Positions 35,151-47,500 of a stretch of 64,000 bases of DNA are shown here, in pieces. The notes under the pieces were generated by a model. The model had not been told where the DNA came from. It saw only the letters and a list, made by a program, of their open reading frames with translations, and ran no database searches. The position numbers were made by a program, and so were the translations under genes. This DNA comes from Sminthopsis crassicaudata (Eukaryota), in contig NC_133622.1 of assembly GCF_048593235.1 (NCBI RefSeq), positions 205,809,198 through 205,873,197 of the forward strand, in the 5' to 3' direction. Position 1 is the first letter of the stretch; each line of letters opens with the position of its first letter.

Positions 35151-38100
35151 AAATGAGGATGGCATCGAGTAGGAAAGAATGAAAGGGAAATCTAAGAAGT
35201 ACAAAAGAAGAATGTCTTCTTTGTGCAAATGTGGGGACCTAGGCAGTCTGTCCTGTCCCCTTCTTCAATGGAGGTTGATGACTTCATGGTTCCACCCTCC
35301 AATCAGAAGACAAAGAGTACCAGTGAAGTGTGAATTACCAATCCTGATTGATGACATTTCCCAGTGAGGACGTTCCCAGGGACCTGCTAGAGAAGTTGAT
35401 ATCCAAGTGAGTGTAGCTGGAGGGACTAGTAATGGGGGGAAGTGGGGAAGGTCTTTTCCAGAAGGCAATATTTAGACTGAGACCTGAGGGAGGTAAGAAG
35501 GACAGAAGGCCTGGAGCAAAGAGATGGAGTGTCCTATGTAGGTCATAAACAGCAACAAGGTGGATTATAGAAAGTGTAGAAAGCAATACAAGATTAGAGA
35601 GACAGGAAGGGGACAGATTGTAAACAGGCTTTAAATGTTAGATAGAGCGTTTTATATTTGATTCTGGAAGTGATGGGGAGGGGGTTGTTGAAGGCAGGGA
35701 TAATAGATACATAGATTCATAGATGATAGATAGAAAGATAGGTAATCATGGCATTTCGTGGCACTTAACACAATGCCTGTATATAGTAGACACCACATAA
35801 ATGCTTAATCTCTCCTCTTTCCTTACTCAACAATCACCCTCAGATTTATATACATTATATACATTACATAGTGGGCTTCTAGCATCTGCCATCTATTTGA
35901 TGTGCAAATCATTTAACCTTTCTGGATCTCAGTTTCCTCAGCTGTAAAATAAGAGGATTGGTCTCCATGATGTCTGTGGCAACATCCCACTCTAAATAGA
36001 GATGCCCAAATTGTGACTTTGTTTCTTTTGCAAAGTGGAAAAGGTTCCTTCTTCCTCTTAGATACCTAATGGTACCCAGTTGTCATGGTTACTATAATCT
36101 AGAGACTAAAAACATGCTTGCTTAGAATCCAGGATTCTTGATATTTGTTACCCAAAAGATCCTTGTTCATTTTCATTCATCTCAACCATGGGAGTGCTGG
36201 GACAGAGTCTAGGAGCCCTGAGATGGGATCCAGCTTGGCTTTCCTTTCTTCCAAAGCCGCTGCTCCTTCTTTACTCATGTAGGGGAAGAATGGGGACAAG
36301 CCAGGGGAAGAGCATCCCTACCAAGAAAACCTATGAGGTCATTTCTGCGGCTTGATGTCTGATTACTCACCATCTCCAGAGGCGGTGATTCATTGGGCCA
36401 CTGTGTTTCTAGCCCCAGGCATGTGTGGAAGCTATGTGCTCGCTGAGCTCAGATTCCCCTCGCCTCATTTCACATGGGAGGAGGAAATGAGGGGAAATTC
36501 CTCCCCACCCCTGCCCCGTCCCACCCTCATCCAAGCCCCAGCCACCAGTTGCCATTTTCAGTGTTCCTCAGCCTTGGAAACCAAGCCAAGGAGATGGAGA
36601 TGAGTAGCAGTAGAGTCATAGGGATCCAACTGCACTCAAGTGGAAGCCATTCCAATGCCCCTGGCTTCCAAGCCCAGACCCGGAACCCACGGAGCCAGCA
36701 GGGTTCAGGTTCAAAGATGGCTTCTCCAGTAGTGGATGTCTTACAGCACTTACAACTTGAAGTAAACCTTCATCATAGCAGATGTGCATGATCTTTAAAA
36801 AAATTTTGATATTTGCATTTCAACATAATTTATTTCCTTTGAAATCTTAAACATTTTATTTTATGCATTTTAAAACAGGTTTCTGAGAAAGGGTCCATAG
36901 GTGACCTTAAGAGGCCATCTAGTGAAATCTCTTCAGTAATAATGTAGATAACATTCACAGAATATTTTACCTGTGAAGTCAATAATACTGTAATCTTCAC
37001 TTTACAGATGAGGAAACCGAGGCTGAAGGACTTGAAATTTCTTTCCCAGAGTCACCCTCTGTTCTGCATTCTTCATATTATTATGACATAACAATATTCA
37101 TCACATTCATGAACTACAATCTGTTTAGCCATTCCTTAGTTCATGGCGCCCACTTTGTTTCCATTTTTGTTTTGTTTTGTATTTTTGCTACAACAGAGAG
37201 TGTTGCTATGAATATTCTGATGTACATGAGAGCCTTCTTTCTGTCTTCAAGCTCCTTCGAGCAGTGTGATTGCCTGTCACAGCAGACATTGACATAAGTA
37301 TCTGTTGAATTAATTGGAATCTATAAATCATGGCTAATCATCCTTGTACTCATAGCCCATCTTCCAGTGCTGTTGTGAGGAAATACTGTGGAAATCATAA
37401 ATCATTAGAGAAATGGCGGCTCTAGTTCCTGATGCTAGGAAACCTCCAGTGCTCTCCAGAGTTGGGATCTCAGTTTGATCTTGAAGTTTGGGGGCTCCTA
37501 GATACACACAGAACAAGATGGACTTTTTCCCTTCCTGTGTCGGCAGCCCCTGGGCCATGGCCCAGAATTGAAGAGAACTAAGTACAAACTCATCTTCAAA
37601 TTGTCCAGGGCTCTCGTTGCCAACATAAACAGAAGCTAAATATAGCAGCCTAGAGAGAGCTTTGTTTCCCTTACAAGGTGGAAAATACTCCTGGTCCATT
37701 TGAGCTACCCAGTAGTACTTAGTTGTCATGGTTACTCCTGACGAAATCAGAAGCACTTTTCTCGGAACCCAAGGATCCTGCTGTTTGCAACTGAATCGTA
37801 GCGTTTATTAAGCACCTGCTGTGTGCTAGGAATGGAGCCTAGAAACAACGTAGAAATGGAAGCATTCTTCCTTGTACTAGGGCCTAGAAGGGGACTTTAT
37901 CTCCCTCCATAAATTCTTTTCTCTCTCTAAAACCGCATTCAAGATTTTTCACATCTCCTTCCCAAATTTATGGTTCTCCTTTGACCAGCACAGCAGCACT
38001 GTCAGGGAGGTGGAACAAGGGTTGGGATAGTAAATTCCAAGGGGGAAGAGTCTTCAGGAGCCATTTAGTCCTTTGACAGATGGAGAAACCAAAGCCCACA

Positions 38101-38369
38101 GATGAAATGACTCCCCCCTGAATCACACAGGTAGCAAGTAGCAGGGCTGAGGTTTCCAAACATCCTGATTCCAAATCTGTTGCTTTTTCTATTGGTCCAC
38201 ATTATTTCCTATCCTCTCTTTTTTTGAGAGACAATTAGGGGTAAGTGCCCAGGTTACACAGGTAGTAAATATTAAGGATCTGATGTTGAATTTGAATTCA
38301 GATCCTCCCAACTCCAGGACTAGTGCTCTGTCCATAGCACCATCTAGCTGCTTTGTCCTCTTTTCTTTC

Positions 38370-38915
38370 TTTCTTTTATTTTTTTTAATTAAAGCATTTT
38401 TACTTTCAAAACATATACATGGACAATTTTCAACATTTACCCCTACAAAATCCTATATTTCAAATTTTTCCCTCCCTTCTCCCCACCCTCTTTCCTAGAC
38501 TGCAAGTAATACATTGTTAGACATTACATATAAATATTTCCACAATTATCGTGTTGCACAAGAAAAATCATATCAAAAAGGGAAAAAAAATGAGAAGGAA
38601 AACAAAATGTAAGCCAACAACAGAAAGAGTGAAAATGCTATGTTGTGGTCCACACTCAGTTCCCACTTTCCTTTCTTTGGTCTCATCATCATAAGACTAT
38701 TGGAACTGATCTGAATCATCTCATTGTTGAAGAATCAGAATTGATGTCTTATTGTTGCCATGTACAATGATCTCCTGGTCCTGCTCATTTCACTCAGCAT
38801 CAGTTCCTTTAAGTCTCTCTAGGCATCTCTGAAATCATCCTGTTGGTCGTTTCTTACAGAACAATAATATTCTATAACATTCATACACTATAACTTATTC
38901 AGCCATTCTCCAACT
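38370..38915 (-). mobile_element. L1 3'-end fragment
   Basis: T-rich tail and L1 3' UTR/ORF2-end text (tgatctcctggtcctgctcatttcactcagcatcagttc). Confidence 0.65.
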
Positions 38916-39316
38916 CCCTCCTTTCTTTAAACAAATAAGTAAATCAGAGAAATTGAATTCATTTATCCCCAGTCACATAGGTAGTAAATCCAAGAGCTGG
39001 GATTCAAACCCAGGTCTTGTGATTCCCCCATCTCTTTCTACTACAACCCCAGCCTCTCCTATTACCACGAGTTAAGAGGAAAAATTAGTCAACTTCTGGG
39101 AATTCTTCATCCCCTCCATCCATCAAAGCTCTTGCTCTGCCAACCCACAACCCTGGGCAGCCCATGGTGTCCAATTTCTCCAAGCCTGAGCCTCGGCTGC
39201 TGAGCAGAGCTGGAAAATGTCACAAATGCAGCTGCCTCCATTCACTGTAATTGCAAGGTGTTGTAAACTCAGTGGGGACTCACACTGATTCTTAGCAATC
39301 CTTCTAGCCCTCTCTG

Positions 39317-39735
39317 AGTTGTTGTAGTTCAGTCATTTCAGTCATATCCAACTTTCCAAGACCCCATTTGGGGTTTTCTTGGCAAAAGATACTGGAGTGA
39401 TTTGCTATTTCCCTCTCCAGCTCATTTTACAGATGAGCCAACTAAGGCAAAAAGAGTGAGATGACTTGTCCAGGATCACACAATTAAAGCTTTTGGAGGC
39501 TATATTTGAATTCAGGTTCTGGTTCCTGGCCCAGTGATTATCCATGGTACCACCTAGTTGCCCCCCAAAAAATATACAAATGTGTTCAGTCATGTCCAAT
39601 CCCATGTGATCTCATGGACTTTTAACCATGGGGTTTTCTTGGCAAAGGTATTCAAAGTTTTCCATTTTCTTCTCCAATGTGACCCCATTTTACAGATGAG
39701 GAACTGAGGCAAATATGGACCACCTAGCTGCCCCC
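39317..39735 (-). mobile_element. Two adjacent Mar1-type CORE-SINEs
   Basis: gttcagtcatttcagtc..gaccccatttgggttttcttggcaaa..ctcattttacagatgag..ccacctag pattern occurs twice. Confidence 0.65.
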
Positions 39736-41333
39736 TACTTTCAGTTGATTTCCAGCCTATTGCTTATAATATCCACTTAAAGTTTTCTCCTCTCTCTTCC
39801 AATCTATATAATATAATTCTGATTTTGGCCAGTGCTTTATCCATTGCACTATCTGACTGCCAGTCTCTTTTCTTCCAAGATTGAGGTAATTTAATATAAA
39901 TTAACATGGCAGCACCCCCCCCATAACCTTCAGAGCCCTTTCAGTTTATTCATCTATTTGTTCCATTTTTCTCACTAAGTAATCCTATTCCCTCAATCTC
40001 TATCCTTCATCCTGTCACTTCCAGCCCTAGCCTTCTTACCTGCCAACAAACATTGTGAACAGAGGAACTCTCTAAGGCAGAGTGTAGTGGAAAACGAAAA
40101 GAGACATTGTGGGAAAGCCATAGTGGAGGATTATGAAATGAATTATATTCCTTTATTTTAAAAAATATTTTATTTTCTCTTCCAAGTTCTCTCTCTCCTT
40201 TGCTCATTGAGAAGGCAAGAAAAATGAAATCCATTACAAATATGAAGTCATACAAGACAAATTTTCACANNNNNNNNNNNNNNNNNNNNNNNNNNNNNNN
40301 NNNNNNNNNNNNNNNNNNNNNNNNNNNNNNNNNNNNNNNNNNNNNNNNNNNNNNNNNNNNNNNNNNNNNNNNNNNNNNNNNNNNNNNNNNNNNNNNNNNN
40401 NNNNNNNNNNNNNNNNNNNNNNNNNNNNNNNNNNNNNNNNNNNNNNNNATCTGCACCAGCTCTTTATCTGGAAGTGAGAAACATTTTTCTTCATAGGTCA
40501 GTTAGAACTGGTGTATTGTTGTTGATAAAAGTTACAAAGTCTTTTAGTTTATTATTCTTTCAAGATTGCTATTACTGTGTCAAATGTTGTCTTGATTCTG
40601 CTTATTTCAATTTATATCTTTTTGTATCGGTCTTCATGGTTTTCTGAAATGATTTCCATCATTTCTTATAGCACAATAGCATTCTATCACATCTCCATAC
40701 CATACCTTCTTCAGTCATTCTGATAGTCAATTGATAGTTATNNNNNNNNNNNNNNNNNNNNNNNNNNNNNNNNNNNNNNNNNNNNNNNNNNNNNNNNNNN
40801 NNNNNNNNNNNNNNNNNNNNNNNNNNNNNNNNNNNNNNNNNNNNNNNNNNNNNNNNNNNNNNNNNNNNNNNNNNNNNNNNNNNNNNNNNCATTTCTCTAA
40901 TTATTACCTAAGTTAGGGTATTTTTTCCCTAGGGCCATTGATAACTTTGATTTCTTCTTCTGAAAGCTACCTATTCATATCCTTTGACTATTTATCAATT
41001 GGAGAATGGCTCTTGTAAATTTGATTCATTTCCCTATATACTTTAGAAAAGAGAACTTTGGCAGGGAAACTTGCTATAAAGGTATTTTCCCAGCTTTTTT
41101 TTTTTTTTTTCTAATTTTAGTTGCATTGATTTTGTTTATGCAAAACCTTTTTTAATTTTATGTAAGCACAATTATCCATTTTACCTTGTGTGAACCTCTT
41201 TATCCCTTGTTTGATCATGAACTCTTCTATCCATGATCTGACTGGCAATTTCTTCTATGCTCCATTAAGTTATAGTACCTTTATGTCTAAATCATGTACC
41301 CATTTTGTATATACCTTATTTTATAAAATGTTA

Positions 41334-41747
41334 GTCTATGTCTTAATTTTTTTTTATTTTAATAGTTTTTATTTACCAGATATAGGCATGGGCAAATTTT
41401 ACAACATTGCCAAACCTTTTGTTCTAATCTTTCCTCTCCTTCCCCTCCCCACCCCCCCACAGATGGCAGGTTGACCAATACATGTTAAATATAATAAAGT
41501 ATAAATTAAATACAATATATGTATACATGACCAAACAGTTGTTTTGCTGTACAAAAAGAATCGGACTTTGAAATAGTGTCTATGTCTTAATTTTTAATAG
41601 CATTTTATTTTTCCAAATACATGCAAAGATAGCTCTTGACATTCACCTTCATAAAATTTTGTGTTCCAAATTTTTCTTCCTCTCTTTCCTGCTCCCCAAG
41701 ATTATAAGCAATCCAACATAGGTTAAACATGTCTATGTCTCATTTTT
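41334..41747 (-). mobile_element. Two stacked short L1 3' fragments with triplicated target site
   Basis: GTCTATGTCTTAATTTTT at 41334-41351 and 41578-41595; degenerate copy at 41731-41747. Confidence 0.7.
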
Positions 41748-43403
41748 GCCATTAGATTATATGCTATTTGATGGCAAGGATTATCTTTTACTTTTATTTT
41801 CTATCCCTAGTACTTAGTACAGTACATGGAACAGAGTAGGAACCTAATAAATATTGATTGGTTGATTGCCAGACTAATTTCCAGTTCTCCCATCTGTTTT
41901 TTTGTCAAATTTTGAGTTCTTTCCCCAGCAGCTGGAATCTTTGGGTTTATCAAACACTACTATGCTTATTTGCTTCTATATAATGGATACCTAATCTGTT
42001 CCACTGATCAATCTCTCTACTTCTTGTTTTGATGATTACAACTTTGTGGCAAAGTTTGAGAAGGAATAATCAGACATAGGAAGAAAACTAGGAAAAATGT
42101 CATAAATCATAGTGACTAAGGGGAGGGGTGTATACTCTTGGAGAACCTGAAAAAAAAAAGTCAAAGATGAAGACTGAGAAAAGACCATGGAATTTAGCAA
42201 TTAAGATATCATTGATAAAGTGGAGAATGCAGTTTTAGTGAAATAGTACAGGCTGGAGCCAGATTCTCAAGGATTAAAAGTGAGCATCTAGTAAAGCAAT
42301 GGAGACTGCCATGTTCAGCAGCCAGGAAGCAAGAATTAGGAAGACAGATGGTGGGAGGGGGGTGTCCCAGGGTGGGGAATTGGCAGAGAAGAAACAGAAC
42401 AAATGGGTCAGAGATTCAAGGGTGGAGCCAGAGCATAGTTGACCTGTCTAATTATAGGATCAAAGCTGATGATCTTTGGCTGGGAACTGAGGTCAGCACC
42501 ATGACAGTGGCCTGTAATAGGAAGGGTTGGAGGGATTAGAATTCATGGTGATATGAACACTTGATAAGTAAATGCAAATACCGATAAATAAGTGGGAGAA
42601 GAGGAATAAAGCACAAGATATTATGTGCAAATTAGAGGAAGGTGAGAGCAGTATAATTAGGGAAAACTGGGTAGAGGAGTTACCTCAATTAAGCCTTGAA
42701 GGAGATTAAATATACTGACAGACAACTTTCCAGTTTTTCCAACAGTTTGTCAAATAATGAGGTTTTTTTTTTTTTTTTTTTTTTTTCTCTCAATGGCTAG
42801 GATCTTTAGGTTTATCAAATCTAGATTATTATGCTCGTTTGCTATTGTATGTTGTTTAGTCATTTCAGTGAAGTTCTTTTGGCAAAGATTTTGGAGTGAT
42901 TTACCATTTCCTTCCCCAGCTCATTTTACAGATGAGGAAACTGAGGCAAACAGAATTAAGTGACTTGCTTGAAGTCATACAAATAGTGTCTAAGGATGAT
43001 TTGAATTCAAGAATTTTCCTGATTTTTGTCCACTGAGACATCTAGCTGTCCCTCTTCTGTATTTTGAATACCTCATCTGTTTCACTGATCACGGCTCTTA
43101 TTTCTTACCCAGTACCAAATTGTTCTGATGATTATAGTTTTGTAGCATAGTTTGAGATCTTGTACTAAAGATATGGATTCTGAACCCAAAAGAGACTGAG
43201 AAGGAATGAGGAGTGGGTCTGTGTTGATGCATGGGGGATAAAGAGTAGATTTAGAAGAAGATTCTCTTGATTGGTAAATCCATCGCTAGGACCACCAATT
43301 TTAGAAGTATCCATTTCACCTCACAAAAGTTTAGCTTGCCTGCTAAAACTACTTTCTGAGGCTCTCCTCTCCTAATTGGGTGACTCCTTGGACCACTGTT
43401 TTT

Positions 43404-43563
43404 TTGTTTTGTTTTGTTTTTTTTCTTCTCTCTGAGGCTGGGGTTAAGTGACTTGCCCAGGGTCACAGAGCTAGGAAGTGTTAAGTGTCTGAGACTAGAT
43501 TTGAACTCGGGTCCTCCTGAATTCAGGGCTGGTGCTCTATCCACTGCGCCACCTAGCTGCCCC
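43404..43563 (-). mobile_element. Young WSINE1-like SINE
   Basis: Minus strand GGGGCAGCTAGGTGGCGCAGTGGATAGAGC..GAGTTCAAATC..CCCAGCCTCAG plus A-rich tail; 15-bp TSD TGGACCACTGTTTTT (43389-43403, 43564-43578). Confidence 0.85.
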
Positions 43564-45479
43564 TGGACCACTGTTTTTGAAAGAATCAATGCTGAGCACA
43601 GAACTTGACACATATTAAGAGCTAAATAAAAACTATCTGAGAGGAATGAGGCAGAGGAAAAGACAGAAGGACAGAACTATAGACCAGAGGAGATTTCAGA
43701 ATTCAATAGATTCATGGAATTAGAATAATTTGAAGGGATGGTTGAGGTTTAAGGTAGAACCACTTCTGTGGGTGGAGGAGTTACAGGGCAAAAATAGGTT
43801 ATAGGACTTGAGGAGGATGACTAACTTGGAAGCCAAGAGGTATCAATATGAATATTAAAATCCTTAAGAATGAGGGCAACTATCATCCAGGTACTGAACT
43901 CAAGGAGCAAGCACTCCTGAGGGTAGAGAAATGGCACTGGCAAAAATCCGGATGGATCACTGTTCCTTGGGTATTTTGGGATATCCCAAATGAGGTTATC
44001 TTCTATTTTCCTGTCTCTTGGTTTTGTTCACTCTATTCTGCTTTCTGTTTCTATCTCCATCTTTTGGCATCCACTTAACCATCAAGGCTACCTCTTTTCC
44101 TTGGAATAGTTTTGAGCAGTGGAAAGCTCCAAATCTATGACTCTCATGATTGGTCAAAAGCTTAGCACTGTGATTAAATCTTTCCCAATACATTTGTTTT
44201 TCTAGATTATCTTCTTTGCCCTACTAGAGTTCCAAATTTGTTTTATTCCATCTCTTCTAGGAGTTAAAAGCAGTAGTTGGGGCTTTAAAAAAAAAGCTAT
44301 TTAATTGAACTACTGCCAGCTTTGTTGGGTATAATCCCTTCATTACTAATAGGAGCAAAGGCTGCAAGTTGACTGTAAACATTGGTATTTCAGGGACACA
44401 TTAGATCCAAATTCCCTTCTAAAATTCCCTTTAACTCTTTAATTCTGCTAGCACAGAGGGAAACCATTGGTATATAAGTGCATTCCCTGTCCTAGAAACC
44501 AAGAGTATTGACTCCAAAGAGACTTTGTTACATCAAAATTAAATCAGCATATACTGTAATAATCCATGACTTCATTGCAAAAATAGTCTTAGAAAAAAAG
44601 TAAGAATAAGGAATGGGACCAAAAATTTGTAAATTACACTGAAACCTCATATCTATGTCTGGTAACTACTTTGAGAAAAGAATCTGAAGGAGAAAGACAT
44701 TATGAATACACATAAAATAACTTTTATTTTCAATGACCTTGACAGGAAATAAATTGTTATCTTGTGGGTATTCCTGAATCATCTGTTTACAATCAGATCA
44801 CCAACTTGTTAAAGAGCAATATACAATGCTAGGAAGCATAAGAAACATAATGTCAGAATTAGACAACTCCAACTTGACCAGTGAATAAATTAATGCTAAA
44901 AAAACAGGATATGGGTAGAATAAAAGGCAGCAACAATAATTATCATTAGATTGTGAGGAGGACAAGGTCTTTTACTTCTTTTTGTATCCCCAGCATTTAG
45001 CAGTGCCTGACACATAGTAGGTGCCTAATTGTAAAAACTTTGGTGGTGGGTAAAGTTAACTTTAATAAGCTTGACTAGACCTATAATTAATCAAGGTCAT
45101 ATTAGAAGTATGCTTTGTTTCTTTACACAGATAGCTGTCTGAGGACTAGACACTTGATGGAAATGAGATTAGAAAAGTAAAGGAGTATTTCTCTGATCTT
45201 TAGGCAGTAGTTAGCTATATGATATTTAGTCCCAAGTATGAATCCAGATAACTTTTCTTTAAAAATTTTAATTAACCTGTTCTTACTAGTGTTATTATGC
45301 TGCTCCCTTCCTTAAATTTGGTCACCTACCAAAAAAAAAATCTATATGCATATTGTGTGTATAATATATAATACATAATATGTATGCATATTGTGGGGGT
45401 GGGTGGTTGGGTATGTAGAGAGATAGAAAACAGACAAGAGATGGAGACAAGAGAAAGTTGGGTGAAATAAATCTCCATA

Positions 45480-47500
45480 TTAGTTTTCTCCAAAAATGTT
45501 ATATTTCCTTCTGCTTTTTAAGCTCATTACTTCATTAGGAGATGAGTGTTATGCTTTATCGTCATTCTTTAATGACTTCAAAGTAGTTTTTCTCTTATGT
45601 TATTGTATACAGTGTTATAATTCTACTCTTTTTGGGCTATGTCAATTCATTGAGTTCTGCCTAGTTTCTACTAAAATCGTCCATTTATTTTCTTTTTTTT
45701 TTCTTTTTGAGTTCCAAATTCTCTTTTCTCCAAACTCTTCCACACTCACTGAGAAGGCAAGAAATATGATACCCACTATACATGTGAAGTAATATTTTCA
45801 TTAACCATGCTGCAGAAAAAAGCAAGGAAAAGCTTCAATCTGTGTTAAACTGAGTTTTACAATTCTTTCTCTGTAGATAGGTTTTTTTGATGAATCCTTT
45901 GGGACTGTTGTGGAGCATTGTATTGATCAGAATAGTTAAGTCTTTCACAACTGATTTGTATTTCAATATTGCTGTTACCTGGTTCTGCTCTTTGCATCAT
46001 GAGCCTAGGTTTTCTGAAACTATCCTATCATTTCTTATAGCACAATTGTATTTCATCACTCTCATAGGTCATAACTTGTTCAGCCATTCTCCAACTGATA
46101 AGCACACCCTCATTTTCCAATTCTTTGCTACCATTACAAAAAAAAAAGCATAAACAAAAAACTACTATGAATTTTTGTACAAGTCTTTTTTCTTTGATTT
46201 CTTTAGAATACAGACTTAGTAGTGGTATTTCTGGGTCAAACAGTAGGCGTAGTTTTGTAGCCCATTGGGTGTAGTTCCAAATTGTTCTCTAGAATGGTTG
46301 AACTCTTTCTACATCTCCTGCAGCATTTGTCATTTTCCTTTTATGCCATATTAGCCAATCCGGTAGGTGTAAGGTGGTACCTCAGAATTTTTTTAATTTA
46401 TATTTTTCAAATAATGATTAGGAGCATTTTTATATGGTTATTGATATCTTTGACTTCTGGAAATTGTCACTTCATATGTATAATTTTACCTCATCTATTG
46501 GGGAATGACTTTTAAAAAAGTTTTGAGAAATCTTATTTGAGAAATGAGATTTTTATTATAAAAACTTACTGTAAACATTTCTTTCCCCTGCCTACTGACT
46601 TTCCTATTTTACTTCTAATTCTGGCTGCATTTTGTTTATAAAAAACTTTTCAAGTTTAGTATATTAAAAATTATTTTATCTCCTATGATTCTTCTTATCT
46701 CTTTAGTCATAAAACACTTTCCTTGTCCATATACCTGACACGTAATTTTTTCCCCCATGCTCCTCTAATTTCCTTATATCACCTTTTGTTAAATCATGTA
46801 CGCATTTTGATTTTATCATGTTTTATGCCTAATTTCTGCCTGTTGTTATAGCTTGGTTCTTTAGGTGTATATCAAGCAAGATCATTTATCTCTATTAAGT
46901 ATTTGATTCCATTGATTAGCCACTCTATTTTAGTACTAGATTGTTTAGATGTTTATTGCTTTGTAGTTGTTTGTGATCTGATATTGTTGAACTATCATCC
47001 TTTACTTTCCCGTCACTGATTCCCTTGATGATTATTGAATTACTTTTTTCTAGTTTTATAAAATAGATAGTTTAATTGACAGTGTTGAATAAATTTTGGA
47101 AGTACTGATGTTTATTATATAAGCTTGATCTACTCATGAACAATTACTCCTCCAATTTTTTAGATTTGTCTATGCAAAGTATTTTTAAGGGTGTTTAAAT
47201 AGTTCTAGGGTTTGTCTTGGCAAGTAAACTACCAAGTATTTTATATTTCCTGCAGTTATTTCGAATAGAATTTTTTCTAATGTATTTTGTTGATACATTT
47301 AACATAAATTTGTTGATTTGTTCTAATGTATTTTGTTGATAATATAAATACTATTGATTTATGTAGATTTTATATACTGTAACTTTGCTAAAGTTGTTTT
47401 TAATTTAGTGGATTCTATTTGGTTCTCTAAACATACCATCATATTTTCTGCAAAGAATTTAAGTAAATTTAGCCTTTAACCATTTATCTAATAGGGAACA
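45480..47500 (-). mobile_element. Decayed L1 fragments
   Basis: T-rich + strand with L1 ORF2/3' UTR-like text; boundaries approximate. Confidence 0.6.

Noticed and set aside
34692-35228. ORFs of 154, 120 and 81 aa
   Set aside because: Translations of the GA-rich low-complexity tract.
36200-36790. GC-richer intergenic patch with a 105-aa ORF
   Set aside because: No homology or clear motif; too CpG-poor for an island.
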